Shown: in pieces, positions 28,812 to 39,264 of the stretch | Numbering within the stretch: the stretch's first letter is position 1 | How the letters are laid out: every line of letters begins with the position of its first letter | Virus record (IMG/VR): IMGVR_UViG_2833436851_000001 | Coordinates: 1 to 64,000 of that record | Strand: one strand, 5' to 3' | DNA from: a virus | Lineage: Duplodnaviria; Caudoviricetes | DNA length: 64,000 bases | The notes under the pieces: model-generated | What the model was told of the DNA's origin: nothing | Database searches by the model: none | What the model saw: only the letters and a program-made list of their open reading frames with translations | Position numbers and translations under genes: made by a program

Positions 28812-31800
28812 TCACAAATCCCAGTCCGCCGTACTGATTACCTGAAAATTGAACGAGCCGTCATTCCGGGAAGCATCGTCCTGCGTGTAGATGTCGAAAT
28901 AGTAGGAATAGATCGCTTTTACTGTCGGGTAAATCGGGGTGTTTTCCGCCGTGGAATAGATTCCGGTAGCCATGACGAGGTAACGGCTCGACAATCCCCA
29001 CGAAGAGGGAAGATAGACGCGGTACATGCCTTTTCCCAATCGGCTGACGGATACGGATTTTGAACCGTCGAAACAGAAATAGCGGATAGATGCGCTGGAA
29101 GTTGTTCCGGTAACAATGCCTGTAACAAGAATTTGCTGAAACTTTCCGTATCGGCTGGTTGTCATCAGGTCCCGGCGGTTGAGTATAATCCATCCGAAAA
29201 AGGTCTTGTCGTCCCCGTAACCGATCATCTCGATGACCTCTCGGGAAAATTTGAGCGTCGTTTTCGAGATGCCATCTTCGTAGAAATATTTCCCGCTCGG
29301 AGCCGTGATGCTCATCACTCCCGTGGAGACGGTCGAGCCCCATTTATAATTGACCAGACAAATCCGGCGGCCGGAGTTTTCCAGTGTCCATTGCAGGTTG
29401 ATGTTTTCGTTCCAGCCTCCGGATTGCGTACACACCACGTTGTCGTAATGCACGGGGTCGGTCTGTACATCACTGGTCGTGCCGCCGCCTACGACAATCC
29501 AGATGGAAGGGTCGTTCTGGACGAAGGCACTGCGGATGGTCCCCTGTATGGTCACGTCCTTGAATTTACCTCCTTGGGCGATGATGTTGCCGGCGGCATC
29601 CCACTTGAATTTGCCGTTGGCCACCTGTCCCGAGCCATCCGTGTTGAAAAGGCTGCGTCCGGAGCCGAACGAGGCGGAACCGTCGTTGTTGAGTTTCCAC
29701 CGCGTACCGTTGGTGATGGAGCCGTCGGCGCCCAACGAGACGTTGTTTTTCCAGATGCGGCTGTTGTCGAAAGCCCAGCCGGCAATGCGGTTATAAATCT
29801 CCTTGGCTCCCGATTTTGTGTAGTTGGCCGACAGACAGAAGTATTCCACGTTGTCCCAGGTCATCATCTGGATGCCGAGAAAGCCCGTCTTGACCGTACT
29901 GCCCGAAGCGGCGATCTGTCCGAAGACCACATGCCCGGCATTGCTGCTCTGACGCCATGTCATTACGATGCCCAAGGGTTTATAGGCACCGCTGTACCAA
30001 TAGCCCGAGCCACTGGCCGCCGAGCGAATCTGAATCGGCATGGCACCGACAGCACCCACACTGCCGGCCGTGATGTTGTCCGCCCCGATGGTCCAGCCGC
30101 CAATCTTGCCCCGCACGAATGTACAGGTCAAACCGTTGATATAGTCCGTGTTGATGATATTGGCTTTGATGCTGGTCGCGTCGAGTTTGGAAGAGTTGAT
30201 ACTCCCCGCAGCAATACGGTCGGCACTGAGCGTCCCCGTCCGGATACTGCCTGCGTCGATGGCGATGGCATTGACCTGCGTCGCAGTCAGTGTACCGGTA
30301 TAGATACCGTTGGCATCGATGGTTGTGGTGTACCGTTCCGATGAAGTGACATCGAACACGGTCGCGTATGCCACCTGCCATGTAACCGGTGCTTCGGCTG
30401 TAGCGGCCGCACCACCTGTCAGATAAAAAAAGTTGGTCGAGGAAAAGGATGCAGTGCCGCAGACTACTTTATAGATATACTCGCACCAGTCTCCCGTACC
30501 GGCTGTCGGAGTCAGCCATTTGCTGGAGCCGCCCGTACCGATGTTATTTGTCGCCCAGGCAATTTTTCGCCCGGCCGGAATTTTGGCTATGATACGGACA
30601 ATGAATATCTTTTTATATCCGGTTTGGGTATAGAACGTGAAGCCTCCGAATCCGGGAGAGGCACTTCCGGTAGTTTTAATCTCCAATACATAACCGCTGT
30701 CATTGGGAGCCGATGCGCCGGTTCGGGTTATGGTCACCGTACCGTTACCTGCATTGTTATAGACATTGGCGCTATTATTGCCGTTACGGAAAGTCGGATC
30801 ACGGTAGAGCATTTTACCGAATGCCATCGCCCGTGCCAGTTCTTTGGCAGCATCGGACTTGCTGGTGGCATCTGCTGCCGCTGCATTGACGGCTTCCGTT
30901 TTCTTGGTATCAGCATACGTTTTGGCGGACGCCAATGCCGAATTGGCCGCATTGGTCCAGTTCAGCGATACCGCCGCCGAAAAGGTTACCGCACCGGCTG
31001 CATTCCATGAGATATTCCCCGACGCGATGCTGCCGGAACCGTCGTTGTTGAGTTTCCACTTGCTGCCGTTCGTGATGGAGCCGTCCGCACCCAATGCGAT
31101 GCTGTTTTTGTAGATACGGTTCGCATCGATGTTCCACCCGGCAATCTGGTTGGCCGAGCCGAAACGGGCAAGACAAGTGCCGGCGGCATCCGTGGCATAG
31201 AAACCGAAATCCGTATCGGAATTGTAGTAAAGCTGCACCCGCTTGCCGCTTGTCGCTCCAGAGCTTGCCCCGTACACGACCACCCGTTTGTTGCCGCTGT
31301 CCAACAGGATGTGGCTGTTGGATAACGTGGTTGCACCGATGGTCCAGCCGCCGATGGTGCCCCGAACGAAAGCACACGTCAGACCGTTGATGTAAGCCGC
31401 ATTGATGATGTTCGACCGGATTTCCGCAGCATTCAGACGGGCGGTAGCGATGGTGCCTGCCGTAATCTGCGAGGCGTTGATGTTGATGGCGCTGACGGTG
31501 TTGGCGGATAGTTTCCCCGTGAATATGCCGTTTGCATCGATGTAGGTCAGCTTGTTCGACCAGCCTTCCGTATTGGCTTTCGAGGTGATAGCATCCGCCA
31601 CGGCACGGGCATCTGTACCGGCTTTCTTGGCATCGGCAATGGAGGCGTTCAGCGTAGTGGTCAATGCAGAGATTTTACTGTCCGCATCTTTGCCTGCCTG
31701 CGTGATGGCTTCGTTTTTTTTCGTGTCGGCATAACTTTTGGCCGAATTCAAAGCCGCATCGGCCTTACTTTGGGCGGTAGCGGCAGCACTGTTAACGGCT

Positions 31801-32651
31801 TCGCTTTTTTTGGTATCGGCATAGCTTTTGGCACTACCCAATGCGGCGTCCGCTTTATTCTGGGCAGTAGCAGCAGCGGCGTTAAGCGTTTCAGTCTTGG
31901 CTTGCTGGATGGCATTGGTCCAGTTCAGGCTGACACCCGCACCGAACGTGATTTTGCCGGTTGCAGCATCATAGCGGACAAACTGGTCGCCATAACCGAG
32001 CTGGACGTTGCCGCCGTTATCCAAAAGAAAGGTTTTGTATCCGTTCTTGAACCCGCAGATCCCGTCGATGGTTTCGGTGGTAATACTGCCCGAAGCGGTT
32101 TTCGTACTGAGGGCAAAACGGCCGATGGCAGTACCCGTAATGGTTCCGTCTGTGTTCTTCACACCGGCAAAGAGTTTCGGCGTGATGACGGTATGGCTGT
32201 CGATGAGCGTTTTCCCCGTATTCCATTCTCGTACCCAGTCCAGCAGGTTGGCATCGGCACCTGCTGGACCCGGCGTACCGGCTTTCGCTTTCGACCAGAC
32301 GAACGACAGGCGGTAAACCGTCCCCGCAATGGTAATGGGAATATCCAAAGAACCGTGGTCGGCAAGGATTGTTGTTCCGGAAGCAACCGTATAGGTTACG
32401 GTCTTCCGGCTGTTGTCCACTGTTATGGAGGAAAAACCCGTCGGCTTGATAATCGCTCCGATGGTAAAGTCCTTGTATTCCGAATCACCCAATACGACCT
32501 TGATGGTCGAGGTCAGGGTAACGGCAGAAAGTAGCTTCCCCGAATGGTCTGCGGGGAAGACATATTCCCCGAGCGATTGGCTGATTGTGTAGGAATCTTT
32601 CTGTATGTAAAGCGTGGTTTGCCCACGGGCGATAAGTTGTCGGCTGCTCAT
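28812..32651 (-). CDS. Long tail fibre/receptor-binding protein with internal repeats
   Basis: About 1279 aa from MSSRQLIARG; Gly/Ala/Thr-rich; duplicated GGWTIG/IAGW modules; 29-aa Ala-rich tandem repeat. Confidence 0.75.
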   Translation of the reverse strand: MSSRQLIARGQTTLYIQKDSYTISQSLGEYVFPADHSGKLLSAVTLTSTIKVVLGDSEYKDFTIGAIIKPTGFSSITVDNSRKTVTYTVASGTTILADHGSLDIPITIAGTVYRLSFVWSKAKAGTPGPAGADANLLDWVREWNTGKTLIDSHTVITPKLFAGVKNTDGTITGTAIGRFALSTKTASGSITTETIDGICGFKNGYKTFLLDNGGNVQLGYGDQFVRYDAATGKITFGAGVSLNWTNAIQQAKTETLNAAAATAQNKADAALGSAKSYADTKKSEAVNSAAATAQSKADAALNSAKSYADTKKNEAITQAGKDADSKISALTTTLNASIADAKKAGTDARAVADAITSKANTEGWSNKLTYIDANGIFTGKLSANTVSAININASQITAGTIATARLNAAEIRSNIINAAYINGLTCAFVRGTIGGWTIGATTLSNSHILLDSGNKRVVVYGASSGATSGKRVQLYYNSDTDFGFYATDAAGTCLARFGSANQIAGWNIDANRIYKNSIALGADGSITNGSKWKLNNDGSGSIASGNISWNAAGAVTFSAAVSLNWTNAANSALASAKTYADTKKTEAVNAAAADATSKSDAAKELARAMAFGKMLYRDPTFRNGNNSANVYNNAGNGTVTITRTGASAPNDSGYVLEIKTTGSASPGFGGFTFYTQTGYKKIFIVRIIAKIPAGRKIAWATNNIGTGGSSKWLTPTAGTGDWCEYIYKVVCGTASFSSTNFFYLTGGAAATAEAPVTWQVAYATVFDVTSSERYTTTIDANGIYTGTLTATQVNAIAIDAGSIRTGTLSADRIAAGSINSSKLDATSIKANIINTDYINGLTCTFVRGKIGGWTIGADNITAGSVGAVGAMPIQIRSAASGSGYWYSGAYKPLGIVMTWRQSSNAGHVVFGQIAASGSTVKTGFLGIQMMTWDNVEYFCLSANYTKSGAKEIYNRIAGWAFDNSRIWKNNVSLGADGSITNGTRWKLNNDGSASFGSGRSLFNTDGSGQVANGKFKWDAAGNIIAQGGKFKDVTIQGTIRSAFVQNDPSIWIVVGGGTTSDVQTDPVHYDNVVCTQSGGWNENINLQWTLENSGRRICLVNYKWGSTVSTGVMSITAPSGKYFYEDGISKTTLKFSREVIEMIGYGDDKTFFGWIILNRRDLMTTSRYGKFQQILVTGIVTGTTSSASIRYFCFDGSKSVSVSRLGKGMYRVYLPSSWGLSSRYLVMATGIYSTAENTPIYPTVKAIYSYYFDIYTQDDASRNDGSFNFQVISTADWDL

Positions 32652-32718
32652 ACGTTTTGTTTGTATAAGAATAGCCGTATGTGTGGGCAATGAGTTTATA
32701 GAAAAGAACGGCAAAAAC

Positions 32719-32752
32719 AAAAGAAGCATGATCCTCTGACCATGCTTCTTTT
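32719..32752. terminator. Intrinsic terminator
   Basis: AAAAGAAGCATG...CATGCTTCTTTT. Confidence 0.75.
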
Positions 32753-32771
32753 TCGATGTTGTCGAACAGGC

Positions 32772-32945
32772 TTACTTCGAAGCCTCAATCGAAACCTTAC
32801 GGAATTCTTTCAGTGCTTTCTCCAGTTCCAACGATGCTTTGCGGGCACGTGTACCGGCAGCTTTGTTGCCGGCTTCGATCTGAGCCTTGGCATCTTTCGA
32901 GAAGGACTCCATCAGTCCGTTGATTTTTTCTACAAGTTCTTTCAT
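32772..32945 (-). CDS. Histone H1-like (Hc1-family) small DNA-binding protein
   Basis: MKELVEKI...GNKAAGTRARKASLELEKALKEFRK, the signature of Bacteroidota Hc1-like proteins. Confidence 0.75.
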   Translation of the reverse strand: MKELVEKINGLMESFSKDAKAQIEAGNKAAGTRARKASLELEKALKEFRKVSIEASK

Positions 32946-33011
32946 ATCAATGTTTTTTATTTTCAAGGGAAAAGATAGAAATTTTTAGGGATTTCACATG
33001 TAACGCGGTTC

Positions 33012-35267
33012 CTATTTGAATACTTCGCAGTTGAATACCGCCTTGCGCCATACATCCTCTCCGGTAATCCGCAGCGTGCGTCCCCGATGTTCCTCCGCAT
33101 TCCAAAGGGCATCGCTCTCGGCATCGTCGCTCATACGGCTCCAGAGAAACTGTTCATCGGGAATCCGGTCTGTAATCTCTGTTCCCGCTTTGTAAAGGCG
33201 GGCGCGGAGTGTCGTCTCGACCATGTGGTTGCGGAAAACGGTACCCGAATCGGACTCCACATGCAGAGAATAGCTGTCACTGCCGTCGTATTGTTTGGAG
33301 ACGGTATGGGTGGCATGATACGACGCGCCGGAGGAGCGAACGACGAAGCGGAGTGTCAGCACGTTCCGACCTTCCCAGCCGGGAAAGTCCGGCGTGAGCG
33401 TGTAAACGGACGAGTTTCCTCCGGTGTCTTTCCACCCGCCGTCCGCAGCAAGGTATTCCCAACGGCAGGAATCCGCTGTCAGATTCTGCGCCGTGCCCGT
33501 CAGGAGGATTTCCGCCGGGTCGCAGAGATTGTCTGAAACGGCATCGGGATAATGAAACACCGTACCGCCCTCGATAGTGACGAAACGGGGTCTCATCTGT
33601 TCCTGCATTTCCTCGTCCAAATCCTCCCAGCGGATGGTGACATCCTGCAAGATGATGGAATCTTTGTTCCAGCGGAAACGGCCGCCGGAGAAGTATCCGC
33701 TGCCGTCGGGGTTGATGACGAACGAATCGTTGCCGGCACGGATGGAACCGTCCGGCTCCAACCGCAGCAGAGGGTGCTGGATCGTGCCGCCCACACCGCC
33801 CCGGCAGAACCATGCCCCGTATTCGTCGGTCTCGTTCAGAGTGTCGTCCGTGGGCTGGTACAGTGTCGGCACGTTCCCTTTTTCGAATTGCGGGGAACTG
33901 AAAAACCAGACCACCCGGTTCTCGGTGCGAAAATCGATGCAAAGGTCGTTGCCGGGGACAGGTTCGATGTCGAAAGCCACATGTACCCGTTGCCAGGATT
34001 GGGGCATTATAAGGCTGGCAAGCACCTTTCCCCCGTGAAGAATATCGAACGAGGTCTCTTGCTTGGACGGGCAATAACACCAGAACGAAAGGCAGTAACG
34101 CTCGCCTGCGTGTTTCTCCGCCCATGCTTCTTTCTGGCATAGCAAGGTCCCGCCGCTAACGGGAAGCAGGATGTTTTTGCCGATACCGCTCGGAGAGTGG
34201 GACGAAAGGCGGACGACCGTCGTGGTGAAATTACCGTTCAGAGAATCGAGGATACAGTTCTTGTGAATGCGTCCGGCGTAGAAGGTGCTGCCGAATCCTC
34301 CCTCGTCACCGGCGGTCAGCGTTCCGGCCACATGAACGTCCCGCGTGGCGTAGAGACGCTGGAAGTAAGCCCCGTAGCCTTGCAGCATGCCGAACAGCGG
34401 GTCTGCGATTCCCGTGATGCGGCCGATACGGATTTTGGCGGCTTCGGAAAAAGAGGAAAGGTGTTCTGACAGGCAGACATTGAGGTCGCCGACCTCGCAC
34501 CAGTCGCCCGGATTAAGATGTTTGGAAAGGCCGAAAGCCAGTACACGGGCATATTCCGCAGGAAAGTCCACCGTAATCAGGCTCAACCCGTATTGCCACT
34601 CGGTCGTAACGTCCACGGTGTCCTGTCCGTCCGTCTCTGTACCGTCAGCATACCCGAAGCGCAGCGGCACGGCGGACAACTCTTTGGAGGCACGGATACG
34701 GAAGGAAATCACCAGACGCTGGGGATGGGAAACGGACCGGGGAAACGGAATCTGCAAACCGCCTGAAACTGCCGCCTGATCGGCAGAACGGGTAATTCGG
34801 ATAATCCGGCTGGCCGGACCTTCCGAGGGAAGATAACGATAGCTCCATGTCGCATTGTCACTGCAACCGAATGTGGCAAGCGATGCCGGACGGTACAAGG
34901 AACGTTCCGTCCCCATGCCGTCGATGACATCCATGTACGGAGCTTCTTCGTCCGAGGCGGTCAGGTACATGGCACCGCTGCGCCGTTCATCGGTCAGGCT
35001 CGTGAGGCGGACGAAGTCCAGCAGCTCCCCGTCACGGGGCTCGTCGCCCTCGATGAGCGCACCAATGAAATACGGCGACGACGCCTCCTTCCCGTCAGGC
35101 AGCAACACGGAGTCCTCGCCGGTGGTCAGCACGACCATCAGGCTGTAAAAGGTCTGTGCGCCGTCTACGTACTGGCGGCGCACGACGTCTCCGGTGTGCA
35201 ATCCCTGCCGTTTCTTGGAACCGGGGTCGATACGTATCTTGAATCGGGAATATTCGTATAGGGCCAT
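33012..35267 (-). CDS. Tail/baseplate structural protein with carbohydrate-binding-like domains
   Basis: Start MALYEYSRF; EAPYMDVIDG, RIGRITGI motifs; synteny. Confidence 0.6.
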   Translation of the reverse strand: MALYEYSRFKIRIDPGSKKRQGLHTGDVVRRQYVDGAQTFYSLMVVLTTGEDSVLLPDGKEASSPYFIGALIEGDEPRDGELLDFVRLTSLTDERRSGAMYLTASDEEAPYMDVIDGMGTERSLYRPASLATFGCSDNATWSYRYLPSEGPASRIIRITRSADQAAVSGGLQIPFPRSVSHPQRLVISFRIRASKELSAVPLRFGYADGTETDGQDTVDVTTEWQYGLSLITVDFPAEYARVLAFGLSKHLNPGDWCEVGDLNVCLSEHLSSFSEAAKIRIGRITGIADPLFGMLQGYGAYFQRLYATRDVHVAGTLTAGDEGGFGSTFYAGRIHKNCILDSLNGNFTTTVVRLSSHSPSGIGKNILLPVSGGTLLCQKEAWAEKHAGERYCLSFWCYCPSKQETSFDILHGGKVLASLIMPQSWQRVHVAFDIEPVPGNDLCIDFRTENRVVWFFSSPQFEKGNVPTLYQPTDDTLNETDEYGAWFCRGGVGGTIQHPLLRLEPDGSIRAGNDSFVINPDGSGYFSGGRFRWNKDSIILQDVTIRWEDLDEEMQEQMRPRFVTIEGGTVFHYPDAVSDNLCDPAEILLTGTAQNLTADSCRWEYLAADGGWKDTGGNSSVYTLTPDFPGWEGRNVLTLRFVVRSSGASYHATHTVSKQYDGSDSYSLHVESDSGTVFRNHMVETTLRARLYKAGTEITDRIPDEQFLWSRMSDDAESDALWNAEEHRGRTLRITGEDVWRKAVFNCEVFK

Positions 35268-35275
35268 AGTCGGAT

Positions 35276-36958
35276 TTACAGTTTCTCGACACTGTCCCCC
35301 GAACAGGTATCGGTAACCCACAAGGCTCCGTTGGTCGCCGAGGAACGCTGCACCTCCAATTCGTAAAGCCGCATCCGTTTCCGGACGGTCAGTTCGTCGA
35401 AGGTCGCCGAGATGCTTCCCGTCGTTCGGCTGCGCAGGATCGCCCAACCGGTGCCGGCCATTCCGGAGGTGAATCGCTCCGAGGAGAGACTGCCGTCGAA
35501 GTAGGCGTTACCGCTGTGACGGATGCCGTCCTTGATCTGTCTGAGACAAATGTCGTCGGTAAAGAATAGTCCCTCCGCCGTAAGACGGGTGAAGCTCCCG
35601 TCGATGCCGATGTGTCCCGTGACCTCGACGGGATTCAGGGCGACGATAAAGTCCCCGAATGTACCGATGCGCAAGGAGTTCGAAGTACGGTTTAGCGGAG
35701 CGTAACGGCTGGTGGAGGGTGAATGAAACAATAGCGTCGCAACCTGTTCGTATTGACCGCCGGGAGTCAGGGTGTGGTCGCTGCGGGAAACGAAAGCCAG
35801 CATGTCGTCTTCTCCGGTCAGATAACAGCCGCCCGTGCTCCCGAAACGCAGTCGCTTATGGATGACGATGCCCTCGTCTTCGCTGTCGGTGCGGTACGAA
35901 GAGAGCAAATCCCCGCCGTAATTGTGCCGTACCCGGATGGAGTCGGGAAAGTACGCCGCCCCGTATGGGGAGAGCAAAACGTGCTCGCCGTCGATGTCCG
36001 TGAGGTTCGACATCAACCGGATTTTAACCGTGCGGTCGCCGCCCACGAGCAGGTCGCCATCGGCACCCTCCAACCGGATGTCGCTCGCACCGAAACCTTT
36101 GAGTACGGTAATTCCGCTGATTCGCACACCACATCCGGCTGAAAAGGTCAGGTCGCTCAAACAGGATACGGTCTCCCCGAGAACAGAAAAGAGCAACCGG
36201 CCGCCGTCGCCCAACTCCACGCCATGCAAGGCTCGCAGCTTTCCGGAGAGTGTCGCCGCTCCCGAGACTTCGAGAGAACCGGCTACGGTAGCGTTGTGCA
36301 TCGACCAATCCACAGTGGGAAGGTTGGCATTACCGCCGTGATAGACTTCCCGCCCATGAATGAGCAGGCTGTCCGAAGTCAGGAGCACTCCGTTTTCTTT
36401 GGACTCGCCCAGCAGGATACTTCCGGTCAGGGAAAGGTGGGCATCGGCGAAATCGACCCGGTTCCCGCTTAGGTATATCGTACCGGTAGCCTGTTCGCAA
36501 CGGAGCGGCTGCATACCGCCCACAAAGAGTTGATTGCCGCCGACGTGTACGTCGCCTGTCAGGCGGATACCATAGGTGTAACCGATGATATTTCCCTCGT
36601 CATCGCTTTGAGAGGTGCGGTACGTTTCCAGCAGACGACGGTTGTCGATGCCGGCGGTAAAGCCGTAATCGGCACATAACGGTCCCTGCATGTCGCCGCC
36701 GCTTTTGGGCAGATAGCCTGCCCAGCTACCCGTACCGCCGCCCTCTCCGGAAACACCGGACGAAATCGCCTCGGCAAACCCGTAAGCCGTGTTGTGCAGA
36801 CGGATGGACGTGTCGTCACCCTCTTCTACACCATAAGGATTGTTCTCGCTCTTGCGCTCCTGGGCGTTGAAGAAAGTCTGGTATAACTGGCGGTAGATAC
36901 TGTAACACAGGCTCTGCGGATCCAAACCGCCGATGCCAGGATGAAGGGTGACGCTCAT
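35276..36958 (-). CDS. Tail structural protein
   Basis: YLPKSGGDMQG, VYHGGN, FDELTVRK...ATNGALWV fibre-type motifs. Confidence 0.6.
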   Translation of the reverse strand: MSVTLHPGIGGLDPQSLCYSIYRQLYQTFFNAQERKSENNPYGVEEGDDTSIRLHNTAYGFAEAISSGVSGEGGGTGSWAGYLPKSGGDMQGPLCADYGFTAGIDNRRLLETYRTSQSDDEGNIIGYTYGIRLTGDVHVGGNQLFVGGMQPLRCEQATGTIYLSGNRVDFADAHLSLTGSILLGESKENGVLLTSDSLLIHGREVYHGGNANLPTVDWSMHNATVAGSLEVSGAATLSGKLRALHGVELGDGGRLLFSVLGETVSCLSDLTFSAGCGVRISGITVLKGFGASDIRLEGADGDLLVGGDRTVKIRLMSNLTDIDGEHVLLSPYGAAYFPDSIRVRHNYGGDLLSSYRTDSEDEGIVIHKRLRFGSTGGCYLTGEDDMLAFVSRSDHTLTPGGQYEQVATLLFHSPSTSRYAPLNRTSNSLRIGTFGDFIVALNPVEVTGHIGIDGSFTRLTAEGLFFTDDICLRQIKDGIRHSGNAYFDGSLSSERFTSGMAGTGWAILRSRTTGSISATFDELTVRKRMRLYELEVQRSSATNGALWVTDTCSGDSVEKL

Positions 36959-37848
36959 TTGGTATAGGAGGTTTTGGATAGGAACTTCTGAATCTTGGAG
37001 GTCAGCGAGAGGAAGTTGGGGAAGTTCAGCGGCTGCATGGTCCCCATCAGCGTAGGCGTCATGATCTTGCTACACTCCGTCAGGAAGTCCAGCATAAGCT
37101 GCGCCAGCTCGTTCCCCAAAACAAGCGGTTCGGTGGCGTTCTCGTCGCCGAGCGTCACTTTGTTATCCGCTACGGCAACTGTCGTGGAATTTACTTTCTG
37201 CACGATTTTGTCGGCGGTCTGTTTGACTTCCGACTTATCGACGGTCTGCGTGATCTCTTCCGCACCCTGCACGACCGACGACTCTTTGCCGCTGTCGTTC
37301 TTGACCGTTGCCGTGATACCTTCGGCCGTGTAGCTGGTATGGGCTTCGTTTCCGGTCGGTTCCAGTTCGTCGTAGTCGGGCGAAGAGTCGTTGTCGGGGT
37401 CGAGAGCCTCGGTTTCCGTCATGCCGATGCTGACCTCGGAATGCGCCTCCATGCGGATGGTCTCGGCATGGGAGTAATTGACGATATAGGCATGGCGGGT
37501 GGCGGCGTCCAGTACGATGGTTACCTCCGAAAAAAGGGTCGGCACGATGAGAAAACCACCCTCGTTGTTCCGGGCGGCAGCCAGCAACACGCCTTTGTGG
37601 ATGATACCGCCTGCCGAGGCGGTTTCGTCGGGATATTCGCCCACGTCCACCGTGCCGCCGTAGTCGGCAAACTCTTCATCGCCGGGGTCGTCATGTATCT
37701 TGGCGACATAGCCGTGAATCATGCGGGCCGTACCCACACCGCCCATGCCGCCCGGAGCCATCTCGATACGCTCGATACTGCGCCCCAATGCGATTTTGCG
37801 GATCGCCTCCTGTATCATCCGCCGGTTGTTGTCCTGTGAATTCTTCAT
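36955..37848 (-). CDS. Baseplate spike (gpV/gp45-like)
   Basis: N-terminal OB-like region, beta-repeat, EPLVLGNEL C-terminus; synteny. Confidence 0.6.
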   Translation of the reverse strand: MKNSQDNNRRMIQEAIRKIALGRSIERIEMAPGGMGGVGTARMIHGYVAKIHDDPGDEEFADYGGTVDVGEYPDETASAGGIIHKGVLLAAARNNEGGFLIVPTLFSEVTIVLDAATRHAYIVNYSHAETIRMEAHSEVSIGMTETEALDPDNDSSPDYDELEPTGNEAHTSYTAEGITATVKNDSGKESSVVQGAEEITQTVDKSEVKQTADKIVQKVNSTTVAVADNKVTLGDENATEPLVLGNELAQLMLDFLTECSKIMTPTLMGTMQPLNFPNFLSLTSKIQKFLSKTSYTK

Positions 37849-37936
37849 ATTCAAAGAATAGATAAATTCGACAATAGACAGTTGGATGAAGGCTTTTTAC
37901 TATCTTTGAATACTTATAAATGAAACTTTATAAAAA

Positions 37937-39256
37937 ATGAATATACAAGAGAAATTATTATCGTTAGGAGTATCTGAAAAAGAGATAGCATCTATTTTGC
38001 GGGGAGCTTACAATACTTCATTCTTCCATATTTACACAGCAGGAGATTTCAACACCGATTTAAGCCTAATAAGCCAAGAAGATCGAGGGACTTTCATTCA
38101 TGAATACATCCACTATTGGCAAAACATAGGTACTTTATGGGGATTATCTTCCAGTATTTTACGCTATGAAATGATGTTAAAACTGAAAGAGGAAATAGCC
38201 GTTCTGGATGAAGTCAAGTTACCGTATTCCATTTCTCCGACAGACCGAATGAAGCATCTTGACAGTATGTTCAGAGTTGGAAATGGATTTTTCAATGACC
38301 GTCAATTTTATGGATTTAAAATAGACCAAACTAAACGAATCGAGATTAGAACAGGTGTGAAAAATGTCGAAGTGAAAAACATGCCTGTAATATCATTGAT
38401 TATAACATTTGAGAACAAGGTTACGGATACTTTAGAACTGGGAGCACACATCATCAAGGAAAGTATGGCAGCATTGTATCAAAGTTTAGTTGACCCTGAT
38501 GCTACGCATGATGATGTACCGTATAATGTTGTGAAAATATTATGCAAATACAACTATCCTTCATTATGCCACAATACCAAACTTCTTATCTGTTGTTGCC
38601 ATGCAGCTCTTTTCAGTATGACTCCAGGTGAGACTTTAATTATGTTATTGGCAAAAGCTGAAAAAGAAAAGATTACCGATGGTATGCAACTATTTTCTGA
38701 CTATATCAATCAGTCTACAATTACAACACCACAAAAGAAAAACATTCCTATTCCCGATTTTTTCGATGAAAAGGTCAATGACTTTTTGGAAATGTTGGAC
38801 CGGAACCTGATAGCTCCGTTAGATTATATTAAGACGGTTCTGGAGCGAGTGCGTTTATCCAATAAGATGCTTCCTCTATTGACAGTTCTATATGAAGAAA
38901 AAACAGATTGCATTTCGATAGAAAACTTAAATGCTATTATTAGTTGGTTAGGCATCCCTTATATTCAAACTCATAGTTGTGGGCATCATAACCCTGCAAC
39001 AGCAACAAAACGTGCTGAAGATATAGTTGAAGGCGATGATTCGATGGATGTTCTTGAATTGATCGCTTTGGAGGCAATGTATAAATTTTTATTAGGTAAT
39101 TCATCCTTTCGATGTTGTCCACTCTATGGTATGATGTGTAGTGAATCACCCATAGCGAAATCCGAATGTTTCGATACCCCGTGGTTGGGAACTCCTTGTG
39201 CATTCACGGTCGTAAGTTTACCGCTGGAATTGGATAAGAAAAATGTTCATTGGTAA
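37937..39256 (+). CDS. Orphan zinc metalloprotease-like protein (HEXXH), candidate defence gene
   Basis: FIHEYIHYWQ plus downstream IKESMA; Cys-rich C-terminus; AT-rich, antisense; TATCTTTG -7 box at 37901-37908. Confidence 0.6.
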   Translation: MNIQEKLLSLGVSEKEIASILRGAYNTSFFHIYTAGDFNTDLSLISQEDRGTFIHEYIHYWQNIGTLWGLSSSILRYEMMLKLKEEIAVLDEVKLPYSISPTDRMKHLDSMFRVGNGFFNDRQFYGFKIDQTKRIEIRTGVKNVEVKNMPVISLIITFENKVTDTLELGAHIIKESMAALYQSLVDPDATHDDVPYNVVKILCKYNYPSLCHNTKLLICCCHAALFSMTPGETLIMLLAKAEKEKITDGMQLFSDYINQSTITTPQKKNIPIPDFFDEKVNDFLEMLDRNLIAPLDYIKTVLERVRLSNKMLPLLTVLYEEKTDCISIENLNAIISWLGIPYIQTHSCGHHNPATATKRAEDIVEGDDSMDVLELIALEAMYKFLLGNSSFRCCPLYGMMCSESPIAKSECFDTPWLGTPCAFTVVSLPLELDKKNVHW

Positions 39257-39264
39257 AATCATCT

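Noticed and set aside
29133-30344. Long antisense ORFs (also 51018-52022, 57281-58480, 42658-43554 and others)
   Set aside because: Shadows of GC-rich coding strands with no recognisable motifs
28812-32651. Diversity-generating retroelement or invertase shufflon acting on the fibre
   Set aside because: No reverse transcriptase, no adenine-specific TR/VR pair and no invertase in the window; the repeats are in-frame protein duplications
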